From Thelocarpon superellum (lineage: Eukaryota): a stretch of DNA of 38,106 nucleotides. The position numbers were made by a program, and so were the translations under genes. The stretch lies in assembly GCA_026025795.1 (NCBI GenBank), contig JAPEUG010000141.1, positions 1 through 38,106 of the forward strand, given 5' to 3'. Below, piece by piece: positions 34,207 to 38,106 of this stretch; position 1 is the stretch's first letter; each line of letters begins with the position of its first letter. A model generated the notes under the pieces. That model had not been told where the DNA came from. It saw nothing but the letters and a program-made list of their open reading frames with translations, and did no database searches.

Positions 34207-36843
34207 CTACCCGAGCATCCTCCTCTCGATCCCCGCCCATCGCTCGACCACCCACGCCGTCTGGGCAACCCAGACGGGCGGGCGGTCGGGCAGCCCGTCC
34301 ACCCACGCGAAGCCCACCAGCACGAGGAGGGCGAGGATCATCATCGCCAGCGCGAGCAGCCACCAGTCTGCTCGCGCGGGCTCCGACCCGCCATCCGCCT
34401 GCGTGGCGGCTTCCACGTAGCCAAGGCTCGCCACGCGGGCGACCTCGGGCTCGAGGGCTGCCACGGGAGCGGCAGACTCTGGCCCAAGGTCCGCCTGCGT
34501 GGCGGCCTCGGCATAGACGTGGCTGTGCCCCGCCTGCACAGCCACGTCTCGCGACTCATATCCCTCCCCTTTGGTGCCGCTCGCCGGCTCGCCAAAGGGG
34601 GCGGAGGACATGGCCCACTCCGCGTGGAGACGGTTCAGGGCCCGCTCGGCCCCGTCCCGCTCCGCCGCTCGAACCGCGGAGTCGAAGCTCCGGTCCTTGC
34701 TGGCCAGCTCCGCCTCGAGCTCACCGATCTGCTCGCACAAGGCGGCAACTCGGTCGCTCTCGGTGGAGACGCTGGCCAGCTCCTCCGAGAGCCGGACGTT
34801 GTCTGCTCGCACTGAGCGGACGCGGTCCTCGGTCTCTCGGAGGCGGACCTCCAGCGACGACGCCTTGGCCTCGAGGTTACGCCGCCCGGTCTCGCGACCG
34901 TCAGCGCCCTCACGGGCAGCGCGAGCTGCCCGCTCCGCCGCCTCCACGCGTGACTGAAGGCTCTCTGCATGCTGCAGAGCCTCCTTCAGTCGTAGCGCGG
35001 AGGAGGCGGCCCCCTCCTCCACCGCAGCGAGCCGGGCCCCCTCGAGGGCAGCCGCGGCGCGCTCTCGCTCCACCTCTTCCTGCAGCGTCCGGTTGGACGC
35101 CTGCAGATCCCGGAAGGAGGCACTCAGTGCCTCCTTCTCCGACGTGGCCCGCGCCACGTCGGCCTCCCACTCCTCCCCCCGCCCCTGATGGGCCTCCTTC
35201 ATGGCCCGAATCTCCTGCTCAAGGCAGGCGATCCGGGCCCCGGCGGCTTCTTGAACTGCGAGGAGACGGGACGCCGCCGCGTCCCGCTCCATCGCCGTGG
35301 AGGCGGCCGCCTCCTGCGCGGAGGCGGCCGCCTCTTGCACGGCCCGCAGTTCAAGCTTCGCCGAGGCGAGCTGCGCCGCCTCTTCCGACGGTCCCGTGCT
35401 TAGCACGGGCGCGTCTTGGAGACGGCGCACCTCCGCCTCGGCGGTGGCGAGGCTCGTCGTGAGCCGCGCCTCCTCGTTCCGCCAGAGCTCTTGCTCATGG
35501 CGGAACGAGGTTCGGAGGCCGCTGGTGGTGGTGTCCAGCGCCTCCTGGAACTTCTGCTGGTAGCCGTCCGCGACGGCTTTCTGGTCGGCGATCTCTTTCT
35601 GCAGACGCGCCACCGTGTTGATGGCGTTCTGCTGGTCGCCCGCGAGCTGCTGTCGCTCAGCGGATAGTCGCTCGATCTCCGCGAGCATGCGTCGGTTCTC
35701 TGCCGGGTGGTCGACCATGGCGCGTTTCTTCTCCTCCACCAACTCGGCGTTGATGGCGGCCAGCCGGGTCTTCTCGTCCTTCATCTGGTTGTACTGGCCG
35801 ATGATGCCAGTGCGCTCGTTGGTCAGCCGGGTGGTCACCTCGAGAGATTGTTGGAGCGCATTGCTTAGCCGCTGCTGCTCCTCCGGCCGCTCGGCGATGA
35901 ATTGCTCGTGGAGGCGGTGGATCTGATGTCGCTCGAGCGACACCCGGGATAACTCGGCCACGAGTCGTTGGCACTCCACGTGTTCCAGGTCTTTCTCTTG
36001 TCGCGCCCGGCTCAGGTCGGCTTTGATCTTATCGTGTCGCTTGTGCCACTCGACGGCGGCCTGCACCTGCTTGTTGGCGGATGCCTCCCACTTCTTGGCG
36101 TTTTGCGTCTGCTCCGCGACGAGCGCTTCCGTGTGCTTGAGCGAGGCGGTGGCCTCGTCCAGGGCCGTGGTCGCCTTCTGCACTTGCTTCTCCAGTTCTT
36201 CGTTCGATGTCTTGAGGGCGTTGATCTGCGCCGCGGCCTTCTTGTTGGTCAGCTTGGCCTTGCTCTCCTCTTTCACGCGCTCAAGATCTTTGCCCATGAG
36301 CTCCAGCTTCTCAGCAAATCGTGTCAACTGGAGCTGGGAGTCTTCGAGGTGTGCCTCCTGTCGTCGCACGAGGTCGTTCTTCTCCGCTAGCTCCGCCTGG
36401 AGCTGCTTGAAGGCGCCCTCGGGTTGTTTGAAAAAGGTGCGCTCCTTGTAGAGTGCCGCTCGCGTCTCGTCAAGAAGGATTTCTTGCTCGGCAATCTTCT
36501 CCTCAAGTCCTTGTGTCATGACTTCGTGCTCGATGCGATAGATCGCCTCCATCTCCTTCATCCGGTTGGAGATCTCAACCACACGTTCGGCGTCGGTGGT
36601 GGCGATCAGGTCGCCGAAGATGTCTTCCGCGGGGACGGATGTGTTATAGAGTGACGGGACCCGAGCGTCGGTCGGCATGTCGTCGTCGTCATTGTCGGCG
36701 GATCCGCTCGCCTCGGCCGTGTTGCTTGTGTTGCTCGCGCCGGTAAAGCTCTCGGCAGTCTCTCCGAACTCGATGGATCGGGGCCCTCGCTCGGCCGCTC
36801 GCTGGGCGAACTTCTTGCCCACTTTCGCCTTGGGTCGAACCAT
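34207..36843 (-). CDS. 878-aa long coiled-coil protein with a single C-terminal transmembrane anchor, family unassigned
   Basis: Uninterrupted ORF with E/A/K/R/Q/L-rich heptad composition over most of its length, hydrophobic WWLLALAMMILALLVLVGFAWV near the end, and a ~31-aa tail. Confidence 0.85.
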   Translation of the reverse strand: MVRPKAKVGKKFAQRAAERGPRSIEFGETAESFTGASNTSNTAEASGSADNDDDDMPTDARVPSLYNTSVPAEDIFGDLIATTDAERVVEISNRMKEMEAIYRIEHEVMTQGLEEKIAEQEILLDETRAALYKERTFFKQPEGAFKQLQAELAEKNDLVRRQEAHLEDSQLQLTRFAEKLELMGKDLERVKEESKAKLTNKKAAAQINALKTSNEELEKQVQKATTALDEATASLKHTEALVAEQTQNAKKWEASANKQVQAAVEWHKRHDKIKADLSRARQEKDLEHVECQRLVAELSRVSLERHQIHRLHEQFIAERPEEQQRLSNALQQSLEVTTRLTNERTGIIGQYNQMKDEKTRLAAINAELVEEKKRAMVDHPAENRRMLAEIERLSAERQQLAGDQQNAINTVARLQKEIADQKAVADGYQQKFQEALDTTTSGLRTSFRHEQELWRNEEARLTTSLATAEAEVRRLQDAPVLSTGPSEEAAQLASAKLELRAVQEAAASAQEAAASTAMERDAAASRLLAVQEAAGARIACLEQEIRAMKEAHQGRGEEWEADVARATSEKEALSASFRDLQASNRTLQEEVERERAAAALEGARLAAVEEGAASSALRLKEALQHAESLQSRVEAAERAARAAREGADGRETGRRNLEAKASSLEVRLRETEDRVRSVRADNVRLSEELASVSTESDRVAALCEQIGELEAELASKDRSFDSAVRAAERDGAERALNRLHAEWAMSSAPFGEPASGTKGEGYESRDVAVQAGHSHVYAEAATQADLGPESAAPVAALEPEVARVASLGYVEAATQADGGSEPARADWWLLALAMMILALLVLVGFAWVDGLPDRPPVWVAQTAWVVERWAGIERRMLG

Positions 36844-36849
36844 CTGCTC

Positions 36850-37026
36850 GGAAGGACCCCACGAATGGGGTTTGGGACCTTGAGATTTGTCTGCTCAAGG
36901 GGAGAGGGGGGGAAAGGAAGGACTCCACGAATGGAGATAGGGACCTTGAGATTTGTCTGCTCAAGGGTAGATCAGGAAGGACCCCAGCTCGTGCTGGGGT
37001 TTATGGACCTCGAGATAGTATCGAGG
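36850..37026. repeat. Three ~60-66-bp tandem units, each carrying two hairpins
   Basis: Units start GGAAGGA at 36850, 36916 and 36975. Each has a tetraloop stem followed by a CCTYGA..TCRAGG stem. Confidence 0.9.
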
Positions 37027-37309
37027 GTAGAAGGGTTGGTGTTGCTCTCGCAGTCCGGGTGGAAGGCTTGGCGTGCCACAGCGTCAAGAAGACGACGCGT
37101 TGGCAGAAAGCGATCTGAATGGTGCGAATAATCTCGTTCGAGGTAACCTTCTTCCGCTAGGATCGAGACTTCGAGTAGCTTGCTGTTGATCTACGTGAGC
37201 ATCGACTTGGAATGGGAACTGGTCAGGCAGGATCTCTTACCAGGGTCATGCGTCTGCTTTGTCTCGTCCGGCTACTTCTCTAGTCGTCAATGTGCAAAAG
37301 AATCTCGGG

Positions 37310-37396
37310 GAGGACAGATCTCGATCGAGGAAAGGATCTTGGTTGAAGGAAGATCTCGGTCAAGGAAAGATCTCGGTCGAGGGAAGGATCTCGGTA
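37310..37396. repeat. Degenerate 17-18-bp tandem repeat x5 (approx. GAGGAAAGATCTCGGTC)
   Basis: gaggacagatctcgatc / gaggaaaggatcttggtt / gaaggaagatctcggtc / aaggaaagatctcggtc / gagggaaggatctcggta. Confidence 0.85.
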
Positions 37397-37539
37397 AAGC
37401 GAAGAAGCGGATTCGAACAAGTCCTCGATGGAAGAAAGAATCAATGTCGATCACGTTGAAGAGGAACTATCGAACGTTCTGAAGTGGTGGGTAGCTCAGC
37501 GTCGGAGACGGGCGTTGTTCAGAAGGCTCGATGGTGGAA

Positions 37540-37587
37540 AAAGAGAAGAAGAAGAAGAGAGTGGGCGAGAGGAACAAAGCTTTTATG
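37540..37587 (-). promoter_or_regulatory. Candidate core promoter of the coiled-coil gene (CATAAAA plus CT-rich tract)
   Basis: The minus strand reads CATAAAA (37587-37581) followed by CTCTTCTTCTTCTTCTCTTTTTCC, a typical filamentous-fungal start-region layout. Confidence 0.4.
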
Positions 37588-38106
37588 TTGTTGTGGGCGT
37601 GCGATTTCTTTGTCTAGCAGGGCATAACAAGCAAGAACACACGCGTAACACTCGAGGCCTTAACCACAGCAACCGTTGCATCTCCAATTCACCCTCTCCG
37701 CAACACCGACTAGCTCTCTTCTCACTTGTGGCCAAGTGAGGAGAACACCCTCGACATCGTGAATGCCTGGCAATCCCAAGGACTTCATCGCAACGCAAAG
37801 GGCTTCACACGGCTTTCCATTCCCAATCGGGAACACATCTCCATCCATTGGCTCTGGGACGCCACGATACATTGATGAGGCATGGCTGCACTTGAGCAAA
37901 ACGCATTCAACAGGCGCCAAAACCCACCAAGTTCAACGTCTTTCTCGGTTTTCGATAGCCGCGAAAAGCTCCCGTTGAGTACCTTCACCACGCCGCTGCC
38001 CATTCCCGTCGCCCGGCCTGGCCTGGATCAAGGGTGACACGGGGCTCTTTCATCATCATCGAGAGCACCAGCATGGCGATCTTTTCACTTGGCTCCTTCC
38101 ACTTGG

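Noticed and set aside
34014..35462. 482-aa and 259-aa + strand ORFs
   Set aside because: Antisense shadows of the GC-rich coiled-coil gene, with R/P/A-biased composition.
36850..37396. CRISPR array or bacterial terminators
   Set aside because: The context is eukaryotic, there are no unique spacers of uniform length or cas genes, and the hairpins lack poly-U tails.

Overview
A GC-rich, intron-containing segment of a filamentous ascomycete (Pezizomycotina-type) genome, judged from short GT..AG introns with CTRAY branch sites and from protein families recognised by motif, without database searches. In order it encodes the 3' end of mitochondrial ribosomal S16, an Avt5/6-like amino-acid transporter, an NAD(P)-dependent epimerase/SDR, an RO10-like dynactin-associated protein, Sho1 and Ssk1 (tail-to-tail), a Whi3-like RRM protein, a Pfa5-like DHHC palmitoyltransferase, a small Cys/His-rich protein, Sqt1, DNA polymerase eta, RfeG, and an unassigned intronless 878-aa coiled-coil protein with a C-terminal membrane anchor. 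I saw no rRNA, tRNA, CRISPR array or intact transposon. The most striking unexplained structure is a three-unit tandem array of double hairpins with compensatory base changes just upstream of the coiled-coil gene start (36850-37026). Also notable are LC8-like motifs beside that protein's TM anchor, the adjacency of the two HOG-pathway branch genes, and a ~1.2 kb AUG-depleted leader upstream of the Whi3-like gene.
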